A stretch of DNA of 64,000 bases from Rhodoplanes sp. Z2-YC6860 (GTDB lineage Bacteria > Pseudomonadota > Alphaproteobacteria > Rhizobiales > Xanthobacteraceae): the NCBI RefSeq assembly GCF_001579845.1, contig NZ_CP007440.1, positions 2,810,029 through 2,874,028 on the forward strand. Direction: 5' to 3'. This document shows, piece after piece, positions 18,986 to 28,791 of the stretch; the stretch's first letter is position 1, and each line of letters starts with the position of its first letter. The translations under genes and the position numbers were made by a program. The notes under the pieces are model-generated. The model was given only the letters and a program-made list of their open reading frames with translations. It searched no databases and was not told the origin of the DNA.

Positions 18986-19002
18986 GTACCGCATTGCGGT
19001 AC
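18986..19002. promoter_or_regulatory. Perfect 8-bp inverted repeat GTACCGCA-T-TGCGGTAC (operator-like)
   Basis: Located 165 bp upstream of the hyi start, in the divergent intergenic region. Confidence 0.35.
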
Positions 19003-19166
19003 CAACTTTGTGGATGGGGCAGCCCGGCCTCGGGCTCAGCATCCACCGGCTGCCCACTGTCGGCCGTCGAAATGATGCGTCTCATTTCAGCGGTTTGGCG
19101 AGCGAAGCCGGGCGGCTACAGTCCTGTGCCTGTCCTTCCCGACCCATACCCCCAAAGAGATCCACC

Positions 19167-19946
19167 ATGCCCCGCTTTGCCGCCAATCTCGCTTATCTCT
19201 TCACCGAGCGCCCGCTGCTCGAACGTTTTGGCGCAGCCGCGGCGGCGGGCTTCAAGGCGGTCGAGCTGCAATATCCCTATGACCAGTCGCCGGCGGCGGT
19301 TCGCGCCGAGCTCGAGCGGCACAAGCTCACCCAGCTTGGGCTCAACACTGCGGTTGGCGGGCGCGAGGGCGACTCCGGCCTCGGCGCGGTGCCGGGCCGC
19401 GAGGCCGAATGGGATGCGGTGTTCCAGCAGGCGCTGGATTACACGGTCGCGATCGGCGGCCGGGCGATCCACTGCATGGCCGGCAAGGTGCCGTCGGAGC
19501 AGCGGCCTGCGGCGGAGAAGACCTTCGTCGCCAATCTCACGCGCGCCGCGGACCTGGCGAAGGACAAAGGCGTCACGCTGCTGATCGAGCCGATCAACAC
19601 CCGCGACCGGCCCAATTATTTCCTCAACCGGATCGAGCAGGCGGCCGACATCATCGGCAAGGTCGGGCGGCCCAATGTGAAAATCCAGTTCGATTTCTAT
19701 CATGTGCAGATCGTGAGCGGCGACCTCATCAAACGTTTCGAGGCGCATCAGCCGCTGGTCGGTCACGTGCAGATCGCGGCGGTGCCGAGCCGCGCCGAGC
19801 CGGACGAGGGCGAGATCAACTATCCGGCGGTGTTCGAGGCGCTGGACCGACTCGGTTGGTCCGGCTGGACCGCCTGTGAATACAAGCCCCGGGCGCGCAC
19901 CGAGGATGGCCTCGGCTGGGGCCGCAAATACGGCCTCGGCGGCTGA
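19167..19946 (+). CDS. hyi: Hydroxypyruvate isomerase family protein (Hyi/OtnI-like TIM barrel)
   Basis: 259 aa from MPRFAANLAYLF. QFDFYH metal motif. Layout of Hyi / 2-oxo-tetronate isomerase. Confidence 0.75.
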   Translation: MPRFAANLAYLFTERPLLERFGAAAAAGFKAVELQYPYDQSPAAVRAELERHKLTQLGLNTAVGGREGDSGLGAVPGREAEWDAVFQQALDYTVAIGGRAIHCMAGKVPSEQRPAAEKTFVANLTRAADLAKDKGVTLLIEPINTRDRPNYFLNRIEQAADIIGKVGRPNVKIQFDFYHVQIVSGDLIKRFEAHQPLVGHVQIAAVPSRAEPDEGEINYPAVFEALDRLGWSGWTACEYKPRARTEDGLGWGRKYGLGG

Positions 19947-20025
19947 AATCCTGTCCGCTGTTAACCATAAAAATCTATGCCCTGCCTTATTTTGCGACGG
20001 GATGAGGCCCTGCTAAATTAACCTT

Positions 20026-20595
20026 ATGGCGTGGATCAGACGGCGTCCGAAGCCCGATGCGGTGGTGGCGGAGGCCGAGCCCGGATCGCTGAAGGCGGCA
20101 GTCCGGCAAACCCGCATCGAAGTCGCCGAGCGGTCGGCCGTGGTGGTCGACCTGCGCGATGCGGAGCTTGCGCGGCTCGAACTGCTCAACGAAGCGCTCG
20201 ATCCGCTGTTCAAGGAAATCCCGCCGGAGGTCGAACTGTTCGATCGCGGCATCAGCCAGGGCGATGTGCCGCGGCTCTGGATCGACGCCATCGCGCACGT
20301 GGCGATGGGGCGCGACAAGCGCCGCTATCGTTTCGTGCAGGACACGCGCTATGGCCGCAAGGTGCTGGCGGAGTCGGGCGAGATCGCCGACATCGTCAAG
20401 GCGGTGACGCACTACGTCGCGCTGCGCATGATCGAACGCGACAAGGCGCTGGCGACGGATTCGATCGGTTCGGTTGACGCGGATTCACATCGAAGCGGCT
20501 GGCGTACCGCAGGACTGTTTCTGCTCGGTCTCGTCGTCGGAAGCGGTGCGGTGTTTGCGGCGCTATGGATCGCGGCGTCGCAGCTGGCGCATTAG
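20026..20595 (+). CDS. Conserved hypothetical protein with C-terminal TM anchor
   Basis: 189 aa. Charged helical N-terminal part and a C-terminal hydrophobic helix. Confidence 0.45.
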   Translation: MAWIRRRPKPDAVVAEAEPGSLKAAVRQTRIEVAERSAVVVDLRDAELARLELLNEALDPLFKEIPPEVELFDRGISQGDVPRLWIDAIAHVAMGRDKRRYRFVQDTRYGRKVLAESGEIADIVKAVTHYVALRMIERDKALATDSIGSVDADSHRSGWRTAGLFLLGLVVGSGAVFAALWIAASQLAH

Positions 20596-20609
20596 ACGCG
20601 GACTCGACG

Positions 20610-22286
20610 CTAGGCTTCTCGAACTCCAGCCCTGCGCAACGCTTCTATAAGCCGCTGCAGGTCCTGTGCTCGCTGAAAAGGATAGTGCTCGCATATTTTG
20701 CGAATGTTCACATCTGGATCGAACCGCTCGTACGCCTGAAGGCCGTCCCTCGCTTCGTCGGTGTGTCCGAGCATCGCGTTGGCGGCGATGGCCACCCGAA
20801 GCGCTGGCATCCAGTTCGGCTTTACCCTCGCCGCCATGGCGGCCCAATCGCACGCCTCCTGGTCTCGCCCTGCGATGAAATGCGCAAATGCCATTGCGCT
20901 TTGGGTCAGAAAGACGCGCGGATCGAGTGGATTGAGCCGCATGGCCCTTTCCAGACTCCGGATTGCTTCCTCGTGGTCACCCGCATATCCGCGGACCCAG
21001 CCGCTTCGCTGCCATGCGGTCGCGAGATTGGCATCCAGCTCGAGCGCGCGATTGATCAGCAGGAGTGCGCGTTTCACTTCTTTGAAAAAGAAGGCGCGAA
21101 CGTGTCCTCCCCAGCACAGGGCCACTGCGTCGTCGCTTCCCAACTCCACGGCGCGTTCCGTAAGACGCGAGATTTCCTCCCGGTCAAAGTCCGACTGCCA
21201 GCCGTTGGCCTTTGCAAACTGGTAGCAAGAGGCGGCCAGCCCGTAGGGCGTGGCAAACTCGGGATCTTTCTCGATGGCCGCATAGAAGAACTTCAATGCA
21301 TTCGCATTGTCGTCCTTGGACCAACGGTTCCAGCTGGCGAGGCCGCGCAAATAAAGATCGTAAGCCGCAGGATTGCTGGTCGGCTCACGCTTCACGCGAT
21401 CCATCTCGGCCTTTTCGAGTTGCGGTGCGATCGCTCCAACGACTCGCTCAACAAGCCGGTCTTGAAGCTCGAAAGGGTCGCCGCTGGTGTAGTCGAACTT
21501 GTCAGCCCATAAATGCCGGCCCGATAGGCCCTCTACGAGCTGTCCGGTGACTCGCATGCGGTCGCCTGAGACCCTGATGCTTCCTTCCAGGACGTAACGG
21601 ACGCCAAGCTCGCGCGCGACCCGGTTCACGTCGGCCGATCCGCCCTTGTAGGTAAATGACGAATTGCGGGCGATGACAAAGAAGCCGCAATTGCGCGACA
21701 GAGCGGTGATGATGTCTTCAACAATCCCGTCGACGAGGTAGTCCCTGTCAGGGTCTCCGCCCAGATTGAGAAACGGCAACACGGCGATCGAAGGCTTTTC
21801 GAAGGTGCTGCCCGGCAGGTCGGGCGGGCGCACCTTGGCATCGCCGCTGTCTTCGCGAACGGCTCCCACAAAACGCACGCCCCGGCGCGGCAAGGTTTTT
21901 ATCAGCCGCTGCTCGGTGCCGGTATCGCCGATTGCGCCCCGCGCCGCATTGATGCGGTTGGCGAGGGCAGACTCGGAAACGATGCGCCCGTGCCAGACCG
22001 CGGCCAACATATCGTCCTTGGTGACGACCCGTTCGCGGTGCCGCATCAAATGAACAAGGAGATCGAAAACCTGAGGCTCGACAGCCACGAGCGAATTTTT
22101 CCGGCGCAACTCCCGCCGATCCGTGTCGAGTACGCAGTCCTCGAAATAATAGCGCAAGACAGCATTCCGCCTGTCGCCCGGCGAAAGTGTAACACACAGT
22201 CTCCAAAGGAAAAATGGAGGGAATCCTAATCGGAAACTCATCCGGCATGAAAGACCGCGGCGGCGGTCTCTGGCATGGGAAGGCAC
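20610..22286 (-). CDS. Winged-helix (OmpR/CadC-type) transcriptional regulator with TPR C-terminal region
   Basis: N-terminal CadC-like DNA-binding domain (YYFEDCVLDTDRRELRR...VWHGRIV). C-terminal TPR-like repeats. Start uncertain, 22286 or the downstream M. Confidence 0.65.
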   Translation of the reverse strand: MPSHARDRRRGLSCRMSFRLGFPPFFLWRLCVTLSPGDRRNAVLRYYFEDCVLDTDRRELRRKNSLVAVEPQVFDLLVHLMRHRERVVTKDDMLAAVWHGRIVSESALANRINAARGAIGDTGTEQRLIKTLPRRGVRFVGAVREDSGDAKVRPPDLPGSTFEKPSIAVLPFLNLGGDPDRDYLVDGIVEDIITALSRNCGFFVIARNSSFTYKGGSADVNRVARELGVRYVLEGSIRVSGDRMRVTGQLVEGLSGRHLWADKFDYTSGDPFELQDRLVERVVGAIAPQLEKAEMDRVKREPTSNPAAYDLYLRGLASWNRWSKDDNANALKFFYAAIEKDPEFATPYGLAASCYQFAKANGWQSDFDREEISRLTERAVELGSDDAVALCWGGHVRAFFFKEVKRALLLINRALELDANLATAWQRSGWVRGYAGDHEEAIRSLERAMRLNPLDPRVFLTQSAMAFAHFIAGRDQEACDWAAMAARVKPNWMPALRVAIAANAMLGHTDEARDGLQAYERFDPDVNIRKICEHYPFQRAQDLQRLIEALRRAGVREA

Positions 22287-22310
22287 CGATCGAGAATGCC
22301 TGAGGAGTGT

Positions 22311-22970
22311 ATGAACGTGGAACTGTCCTTGTCCGGAGTTCGCCCTGTGGCCGCATCGCTGATGTTTGTCGCCGGGCTGTGGCTGACGGCGTCAACGGTC
22401 GCGGCGCAACAGAAATACACCGTCGAGCCGGTTGCCGAGATGAAGGTCAAGCAACTGCCCAAAGGCGAGTTGTTCTGGCGCGTCGAGAATTTCCCGACGC
22501 TGGGTGCAGCGAAAACCGCCGCACCGCCGTATCGCTGGAATCCGGACACTGTCAGCTATGATGGATTGCCATCGCTGTCAGCTGAGGTCGCCGGCAAAGC
22601 ATGGCTCTTCACGCTCGGTCCGAAGGGTGGGGCAACGGCGGGCGGAACGAAGGTTGCTGAGATCGGACCCGTTCCTCCGCTCAGCGCTCCCGAGTATCTG
22701 TTGCGTGTGAACTACGGACACGGGCCGGCAGGTTCAGCAACGCCGGTGCACACGCATCCCGGCTCCGAAACATTTTATGTGGTCGCCGGCAGATTGGGTC
22801 AACGGACTCCGCAGGGCGTGATGAATGTCGAGGCCGGGCACTCGATGAACGGACATCCGGCCGGGACGACAATGGAGGTTTTCAACAGCGGGACGACGGA
22901 ATTGACAGCGCTCATCATGTTCGTCGTCGACGCGACCAAGCCGTTCTCGGTGCCGGCCAAGTTCGAGTGA
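22311..22970 (+). CDS. Secreted cupin-domain protein
   Basis: Signal peptide. C-terminal cupin motif (PVHTHPGSETFYVVAG). GAGGAG RBS before the ATG at 22311. Confidence 0.6.
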   Translation: MNVELSLSGVRPVAASLMFVAGLWLTASTVAAQQKYTVEPVAEMKVKQLPKGELFWRVENFPTLGAAKTAAPPYRWNPDTVSYDGLPSLSAEVAGKAWLFTLGPKGGATAGGTKVAEIGPVPPLSAPEYLLRVNYGHGPAGSATPVHTHPGSETFYVVAGRLGQRTPQGVMNVEAGHSMNGHPAGTTMEVFNSGTTELTALIMFVVDATKPFSVPAKFE

Positions 22971-23067
22971 GGCAAAAAACGTCTCGATTGCGATGGTGGG
23001 CGCGCCATGGCGGACGCCGGCAAGCCCTCCGCCCGGCGCGTTTGGAAGAGGCTGGCTGGACTGGACG

Positions 23068-24561
23068 CTAATCCAGAAGCCAGCCGAACTTCTCCTTCGC
23101 TCGTTGCACCATCTCTTCCGACGGCTTCACAGGTGCAACAAACTCGTCGCGCCAGGAATAGGGCCGGCACGCATTGATGATCATGCGCGAGCTCGTGATG
23201 TTGCCCTTGGCGCGCTCGGCGGGTTCGATGCGCGGATCCGCCGGCGAATTCCAGGCGCCGCGGATGAAGTCGATGTCCTTGACCGGATCGGCGCGGGTGA
23301 GCGCCGCCCACATCAGCTCTTCGAGATTGGAAACGTCGATGTCATCGTCCACCACGATGACCCAGCGGCTGCCATAGGCGCCGACATGGCACTGGCAGGC
23401 GATGTGGCCGGCCTGCACGGCGTGGCCGTCGAAGCGCTGGCTGATCGCGACGCCATAAAGCAGCCGCGAGCCGCCGCATTCATGGGCCCATACTGCTTTC
23501 ACATCCGGCACGCCCGCGGCCTCGATGTTCTGCTTGAGCAGCGCCGAGCGCGTGATCGCGCGATAGCGCGAATACTCATCGGGCAGGCTCTGCGGCACGA
23601 AGCCGAGCAGCACCGGATCGTTGCGATAATAGATCGCCGTGATCTCGCACAGCGGCCGCTTGCGCCCGGACTCGGTGTAGGTGCCGGTCCAGTCGCCGAA
23701 CGGGCCCTCGGGCACGAGCGTTTCGGGATGGACGTAGCCCTCCATGACGATCTCGGCGTTGGCCGGGAAGGGCAACCCGGTGTGCCTGCCGCGCACGAGC
23801 TTGAGCGGCTCGCCGCGCAGGCCGCCGGCGACATCGAACTCGCAGATGCCGTCCGGCACCTCGGTGCCGCCGAGGAGGAACGTCAGCGGATCGCCACCCA
23901 GCACCAGCACCACCGGCATCTTCTCGCCGCGCTTGATGTACTTCTGGTGATGGATGCGGCCATGCTTGCCGGGCGCGGCGTTGTAGGTCACGTGCTTCTT
24001 GTCGTGCAGCATGATCCGGTAGGTGCCGACGTTGAGCGTGCCGTCGTCCGGATCCTGCGTGACGTTGTAGGAGCCGGTGCCGATATAGCGGCCGCCGTCG
24101 CCTTCGTGCCATTTCGGCGTCGGGAACAGCTCGACGTCGATGGCGTCGCCGGTGATGACGTTGTCGAAGATCGGTCCGCTGTCGACGAACACCGGCGGCA
24201 CGAGGCGATCGGTGTCCCAGGCGCCGGAGAAGGCTTCGCTCAGCGCCACCTTGTCGAGCTCGGCCGGAAAGCCGAGCGTCATGTTCTTGCGCTTGCCGCC
24301 GAAGATGTTGGCCAGCACGCGGAAGCCTTTCGGCACGCCGGGAATGTCGTCGAACAGGACGGCGGGTGCCTTGTCGCTGTGGCTGACGAGCTCGGTCGCC
24401 ATGCCGATCTCTTCGGCCCAGTTGGCGCCGCGAACTGTCTTCAACTCGCCGAGCCGGTCGGCCTCGGCAAGCCAGCTGCGCAGGTCGTCATAGGCGAGCC
24501 GCATGCTGGTGTTGTTCGAACCGTCCGACGCTTTTTCCTTATCCTGGCTTTTCTTGGCCAT
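23068..24561 (-). CDS. UbiD-family (prenylated-FMN dependent) aromatic acid decarboxylase
   Basis: 497 aa. Aligns throughout with UbiD / phenolic-acid decarboxylases (LAYDDLRSWL...GELK start region). GGAGTGAGGA RBS. Alternative start at 24504. Confidence 0.8.
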   Translation of the reverse strand: MAKKSQDKEKASDGSNNTSMRLAYDDLRSWLAEADRLGELKTVRGANWAEEIGMATELVSHSDKAPAVLFDDIPGVPKGFRVLANIFGGKRKNMTLGFPAELDKVALSEAFSGAWDTDRLVPPVFVDSGPIFDNVITGDAIDVELFPTPKWHEGDGGRYIGTGSYNVTQDPDDGTLNVGTYRIMLHDKKHVTYNAAPGKHGRIHHQKYIKRGEKMPVVLVLGGDPLTFLLGGTEVPDGICEFDVAGGLRGEPLKLVRGRHTGLPFPANAEIVMEGYVHPETLVPEGPFGDWTGTYTESGRKRPLCEITAIYYRNDPVLLGFVPQSLPDEYSRYRAITRSALLKQNIEAAGVPDVKAVWAHECGGSRLLYGVAISQRFDGHAVQAGHIACQCHVGAYGSRWVIVVDDDIDVSNLEELMWAALTRADPVKDIDFIRGAWNSPADPRIEPAERAKGNITSSRMIINACRPYSWRDEFVAPVKPSEEMVQRAKEKFGWLLD

Positions 24562-24589
24562 CGCTCAGTCCTCACTCCGGCAACGAAGG

Positions 24590-25546
24590 TTATTCAAACT
24601 TGACGCCGGCCTTCTGCAGGATGGGCGTCCAGCGTCGCGATTCCGCATGGATGAAGTCGGCGAACTGTTCCGACCCCACGCTGTTGAGCACGGTGCCGTA
24701 TTTCAGAAGGCTTGCGCGATAGTCTGGATCTTCCTGTGCGGCCGCCACGGCGCGCTTGAGCTGATCGAGGATCGGCGCGGGCGTTCGCGCGGGTGCGAGC
24801 AGCCCGAACCAGACTTCGGTCTTCACGTTCGGCAATCCGGCTTCACCCATGGTCGGCAACTCGGGCAGAAGCGGCGAGCGCTTGTCGGAGGTGATCGCCA
24901 ACGCCTTGATGGCGCCGGCCTTCACCTGGGGCGCCAGGATCGCGACGTCGCCGAAAATCGCGTCGATCTGCCCGCCGATCAGGTCGGTGATCGAGTTCGA
25001 CGTGCTGCGATAGGGTACATGCGTGAAGGTGATGCCGGCCTCGTCCTTGAACAGCTCGTTGGCGAGATGCGTCACCGTGCCGATGCCGGCCGAGCCGATC
25101 GTCACCTTGCCGGCATTGGCTTTGGCGTAGGCGACGAAGTCCGCGATGGTTTTGACATCGAGCGAGGCGCGCACCGCGAACACCTGTGGCGACCGCCAGA
25201 TCAGGCCGAGCGGCACGAGGTCCTTGTCGACGTCGTAGCGGAGCTTCTTCACCGCGGGCACCAGCACGATCGGCGCGATGCCGCCGACGACCAGTGTGTA
25301 GCCATCGTTGGGGCTGTTCACCGCGGCTTCGGTGCCCGGAACGCCGCTCGCGCCCGGACGATTCTCGATCACGATCGGCTGGCCGAGCTGACGGCGCAGC
25401 GGCTCGGCGATCAGGCGGCCGGCGGTGTCGGTCGGGCCGCCGGCGCTGAACGGAATGACGAAGCGAATGGGCTGGCTTGGGAATTCAGCAGCGGCCGCTT
25501 GCCCCGCGAGAGCAAGCAGCAATGCCGTACACAACACGCTCTTCAT
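24590..25546 (-). CDS. Bug/TctC family tripartite tricarboxylate-transporter substrate-binding protein
   Basis: 318 aa from MKSVLC. Signal peptide then the conserved PIRFVIPFSAGGPTD motif. Confidence 0.85.
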   Translation of the reverse strand: MKSVLCTALLLALAGQAAAAEFPSQPIRFVIPFSAGGPTDTAGRLIAEPLRRQLGQPIVIENRPGASGVPGTEAAVNSPNDGYTLVVGGIAPIVLVPAVKKLRYDVDKDLVPLGLIWRSPQVFAVRASLDVKTIADFVAYAKANAGKVTIGSAGIGTVTHLANELFKDEAGITFTHVPYRSTSNSITDLIGGQIDAIFGDVAILAPQVKAGAIKALAITSDKRSPLLPELPTMGEAGLPNVKTEVWFGLLAPARTPAPILDQLKRAVAAAQEDPDYRASLLKYGTVLNSVGSEQFADFIHAESRRWTPILQKAGVKFE

Positions 25547-25614
25547 CGATGATTTCCTGATCGGGTTCGAGATGCTTGAGCAGTTGGCAAGTCCCATGCC
25601 ATCCGCGCGCAGCA

Positions 25615-26766
25615 TCACGAGACCTTGTGGCCCATCATGCCGGCGATGAGGTTGCGTTGGATCTGCGATGTGCCGGCCGCGACCGTCGACGGCGACGCGT
25701 CGCGATAATGCCGCTCCATATCGAACTCCTTGCTGTAGCCCATGCCGCCGCAAATCTGCATGCCCATGCGGGAAACGTTCACGTAGTTTTCGGCAGCCTT
25801 TAGCTTCGCCATCGTGATTTCCTTGAAAGCGTCCTGGCCCGAAGCGACCGTGTTGGCCGCCTGCCAAAGCAGCGCCCAGGCGGCGGCAGTTTCGGTCTGC
25901 ATGTCGGCGAGCATATGCGCGATCGCCTGGTTGCTGCCGATGGCGCGGCCGAACTGCTTGCGCTCCTTGGCGTAGGCGCTGGCGAGATCGACGCAAGCCT
26001 GTGCCGCGCCGCAATTGCCTGCGGCCGAGACGATGCGCTCGACTTGCAGGCCGGAGAGCAGGCAATCCCAGCCCTTGTTCTCGCCGCCGATGATGCGGTT
26101 CTCGTCGACACGCACGTCGGTGAAGAACACCTCATAGGTGCCGGTGCAGCGGCGGCCGAGCATGTCGAGCTTGTTGAACTTGACGCCCGGCGCATCGTTG
26201 TCGATCAGGAACAGCGACATGCCCTGGCGGTAATGCACGCTGGTGTCGGTCTTGAGGTAAACGCTGAGCGTCAGGTCATCGGCGCCGGCGCCGGTGTTCC
26301 AGACCTTCTGGCCGTTGACGACGAATTGCGCGCCGTCGCGCACCGCGCGGCTGCGGAGACTGCCGACATCGGAGCCTGCCTCGGGTTCGGAGATCGAGAT
26401 CGACAGCTTGCGCTCGCCGTTGATCAGCTTGGGCAGCCAGTAATGCTTCTGCTCCTCGGTGCCCTTGCGCAGGATGTTGAGGCCGCAGAACACGGCGCCG
26501 CCGAACGACATCTGGAAGTCGATGCTGTTGTAGGCGATCTCGTAGACTACGATGGCGAGATCGGCGACCGAGCCGCCGCTGCCGCCGTACTGCTCCGGAA
26601 ACGCCACGCCGAACAGGCCGGCGTCGACCCAGGCTTGGTAGAGCTCGTACGGGTAGGCGTTCTCGCGTTCGAGCCGGCGGAGATAATCGCGCGGCGCGTG
26701 CTTCTCATGAAGCTTGCGGACACTGTCCTGCAGCAGTTTCTGTTCGGAACTGAGACCAAAACTCAC
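25615..26766 (-). CDS. Acyl-CoA dehydrogenase
   Basis: GTG start at 26766 with GAGGAG RBS (VSFGLSSEQ). ACAD N, M and C domains. Catalytic Glu near the C-terminus. Confidence 0.8.
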   Translation of the reverse strand: MSFGLSSEQKLLQDSVRKLHEKHAPRDYLRRLERENAYPYELYQAWVDAGLFGVAFPEQYGGSGGSVADLAIVVYEIAYNSIDFQMSFGGAVFCGLNILRKGTEEQKHYWLPKLINGERKLSISISEPEAGSDVGSLRSRAVRDGAQFVVNGQKVWNTGAGADDLTLSVYLKTDTSVHYRQGMSLFLIDNDAPGVKFNKLDMLGRRCTGTYEVFFTDVRVDENRIIGGENKGWDCLLSGLQVERIVSAAGNCGAAQACVDLASAYAKERKQFGRAIGSNQAIAHMLADMQTETAAAWALLWQAANTVASGQDAFKEITMAKLKAAENYVNVSRMGMQICGGMGYSKEFDMERHYRDASPSTVAAGTSQIQRNLIAGMMGHKVS

Positions 26767-26776
26767 GGGTAGCTCC

Positions 26777-27949
26777 TCACTTTTTGATCGGCGCAACGCC
26801 AAGCTCGGCCAGCACCTCGTCGGTGTGCTCGCCAAGCGTCGGCGGGGCTGCGCTCTCCGAGCGCTGGCCGTCGAACAGGATCGGCGAGTTGATGCTGATC
26901 ACGTCGCCTTCGGTCGGATGCCTGACGGTGCCGAAGGTCTGCAAGTGCTGCACCTGCGGATCGGCCATCACGTCCGAGACGGAATGAATGGGGGCAAATG
27001 GCACGTCCGCCTTGTCGAGCGCGGCCATCCACTCGGCGCGCGACTTGGTGGCGAAGACGCGCTCGAGCGCGGAGCCGAGCTCGTGATAATTCGCGATCCG
27101 CCCCGGCCGGGCCTTGAATTTCGGATCGTCGGCGATCGCGGGCGTATCGATGATCTTAAGCAGGCTTTCCCAGAACTTGGTCTGCACTGAGAGATGGATC
27201 GCGAGAAGCTTTCCGTCCGCGCAGGTGAAGGCGTAGCACTGCGACGACGCCGTGCGCGAGGAGGGGCCATACTCGACCTTGGTCCGCGCCAGATGCACGA
27301 AGGCATCGGGCGTGAAGCCGATCGAGCTTTCCAGCATGTTGACCTCGACGCGGCGGCCTTTCAGCGTGCGCTCGCGCTCGTAGAGTGCGCTGACGATGCC
27401 GTTGACCGCATACATTCCGGTGACGTTGTCCGAGATGGTGACGCCGACGAGGCGCGGGTCCTCCGGATCGACCGCCAGGCCATAGATTCCGCTGAGCGCG
27501 CTCGCCACCGCGTCATAAGCCGGGCGGTTCTTGTAGGGTCCGGTCGTGCCGAAGCCGGTGATCGAGCAATGCACGATTTGCGGATTGATGGCGCGGATCG
27601 TCTCGGCCGAGAAGCCGAGCTTGTCCATCACGCCGGTGCGATAGTTTTCCAGCAGCACGTCAGAGCGTTCCAGCAGTGTGCGGAACGCGCGCTTGCCATC
27701 CTCGGACTTGAGGTCGAGGACGATGCTGCGCTTGCCGTGGTTGTAGGCGATGAAGTTCGGACCGTAGTTGCCGCCGCTCGTGGCGCGGAACGGATCGCCG
27801 CCGTCCGGATTCTCGACCTTGATGACGGACGCGCCCAGTTCGCCGAGCAGCATGCCGGCGTAGGGCGCGGTGATCATCGTGCCGAGCTCGATGACCTTCA
27901 CGCCGTGGAGAGGGCCCGCCTGCCGTGCCATCAGCCGCCAACCTTTCAT
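26777..27949 (-). CDS. CaiB/BaiF family (family III) CoA-transferase
   Basis: GVKVIELG...GPYAG N-terminal signature, 390 aa. The ATG shares one nucleotide with the upstream stop (TGATG). Alternative start at 27931. Confidence 0.85.
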   Translation of the reverse strand: MKGWRLMARQAGPLHGVKVIELGTMITAPYAGMLLGELGASVIKVENPDGGDPFRATSGGNYGPNFIAYNHGKRSIVLDLKSEDGKRAFRTLLERSDVLLENYRTGVMDKLGFSAETIRAINPQIVHCSITGFGTTGPYKNRPAYDAVASALSGIYGLAVDPEDPRLVGVTISDNVTGMYAVNGIVSALYERERTLKGRRVEVNMLESSIGFTPDAFVHLARTKVEYGPSSRTASSQCYAFTCADGKLLAIHLSVQTKFWESLLKIIDTPAIADDPKFKARPGRIANYHELGSALERVFATKSRAEWMAALDKADVPFAPIHSVSDVMADPQVQHLQTFGTVRHPTEGDVISINSPILFDGQRSESAAPPTLGEHTDEVLAELGVAPIKK

Positions 27950-28776
27950 CACTCCGGACGCTTGTACGAGCCGAGGCCGGGCTTGTAGGTCTTGTCGTCG
28001 ATGAACTGCTTGATGCCCTTGGAGTAGCCGTCCTCCTTGTCGCGCGCCTTCAGCTCGTTCGACTTCGCCATCAGGTACTCGTGGGCCTGGCCGACATCCA
28101 TGTCGCGCACCGCCTTGATACCCTGCTTGGTGCCGCGCAGCGTCTCCGGGTTCATCTTGACGAAGCGGCGGGCAAACTCCGTGACGGTCTGCTTCAGGTC
28201 TTTCGCCGGCACCGCCTTGGTGATCAGCCGGATCTCCTCGGCCTTCTTGCCGTCGAACAGCTCACCGGTGAGGCTGTAGTAGAGCGCGTCGCGGTAGCCG
28301 AGGCACACCTGCAGCGCCTTGCTGACGAGGCCGCCCGGCAGGATGCCCCAGTTCACTTCGGACAGGCCGAACTTGGCGTCGTCGGCCGCAAACGCGAAGT
28401 CGCAGGCGACGAGCTGCGTGAAGGCGCCGCCCATGCAGAAGCCATTGACCATCGCGATGGTCGGCTTCGGGAAATTCCACAGCCGGTACCAGCGCCACTG
28501 ATGGGTGGTCCATTCGGCGCGGATGCGCTCGTTCGGCTTATTCTCCAATTCGCGGAAATAGAGCTTGAGGTCCATGCCGGCGCACCAGGCCTCGCCCGCG
28601 CCGGTCAGGATCAGCACCTTCGTCTCGGGATCGCCCTCGAGGCTCAACACTACGTCGAGCATTTCCTGGTCGAGGTCGGGGCTCATCGCGTTGCGCTTGT
28701 CTGGGCGATTCAGCGTGACCCAGGTCAGGCCGTCGTCCTTTTCGACAATGACGTTCTTGTAGGTCGTAGATGCCAT
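27949..28776 (-). CDS. Enoyl-CoA hydratase/lyase of the p-hydroxycinnamoyl-CoA hydratase-lyase (HCHL/Ech) type
   Basis: 275 aa. Co-linear with Pseudomonas feruloyl-CoA hydratase-lyase: NAMSP, LTGAGEAWCAGMDLK, KPTIAMVNG, FGLSEVNWGI, KQFIDDKTYKPGLGSYKR. Confidence 0.75.
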   Translation of the reverse strand: MASTTYKNVIVEKDDGLTWVTLNRPDKRNAMSPDLDQEMLDVVLSLEGDPETKVLILTGAGEAWCAGMDLKLYFRELENKPNERIRAEWTTHQWRWYRLWNFPKPTIAMVNGFCMGGAFTQLVACDFAFAADDAKFGLSEVNWGILPGGLVSKALQVCLGYRDALYYSLTGELFDGKKAEEIRLITKAVPAKDLKQTVTEFARRFVKMNPETLRGTKQGIKAVRDMDVGQAHEYLMAKSNELKARDKEDGYSKGIKQFIDDKTYKPGLGSYKRPE

Positions 28777-28791
28777 GGCACTCTCACATAT

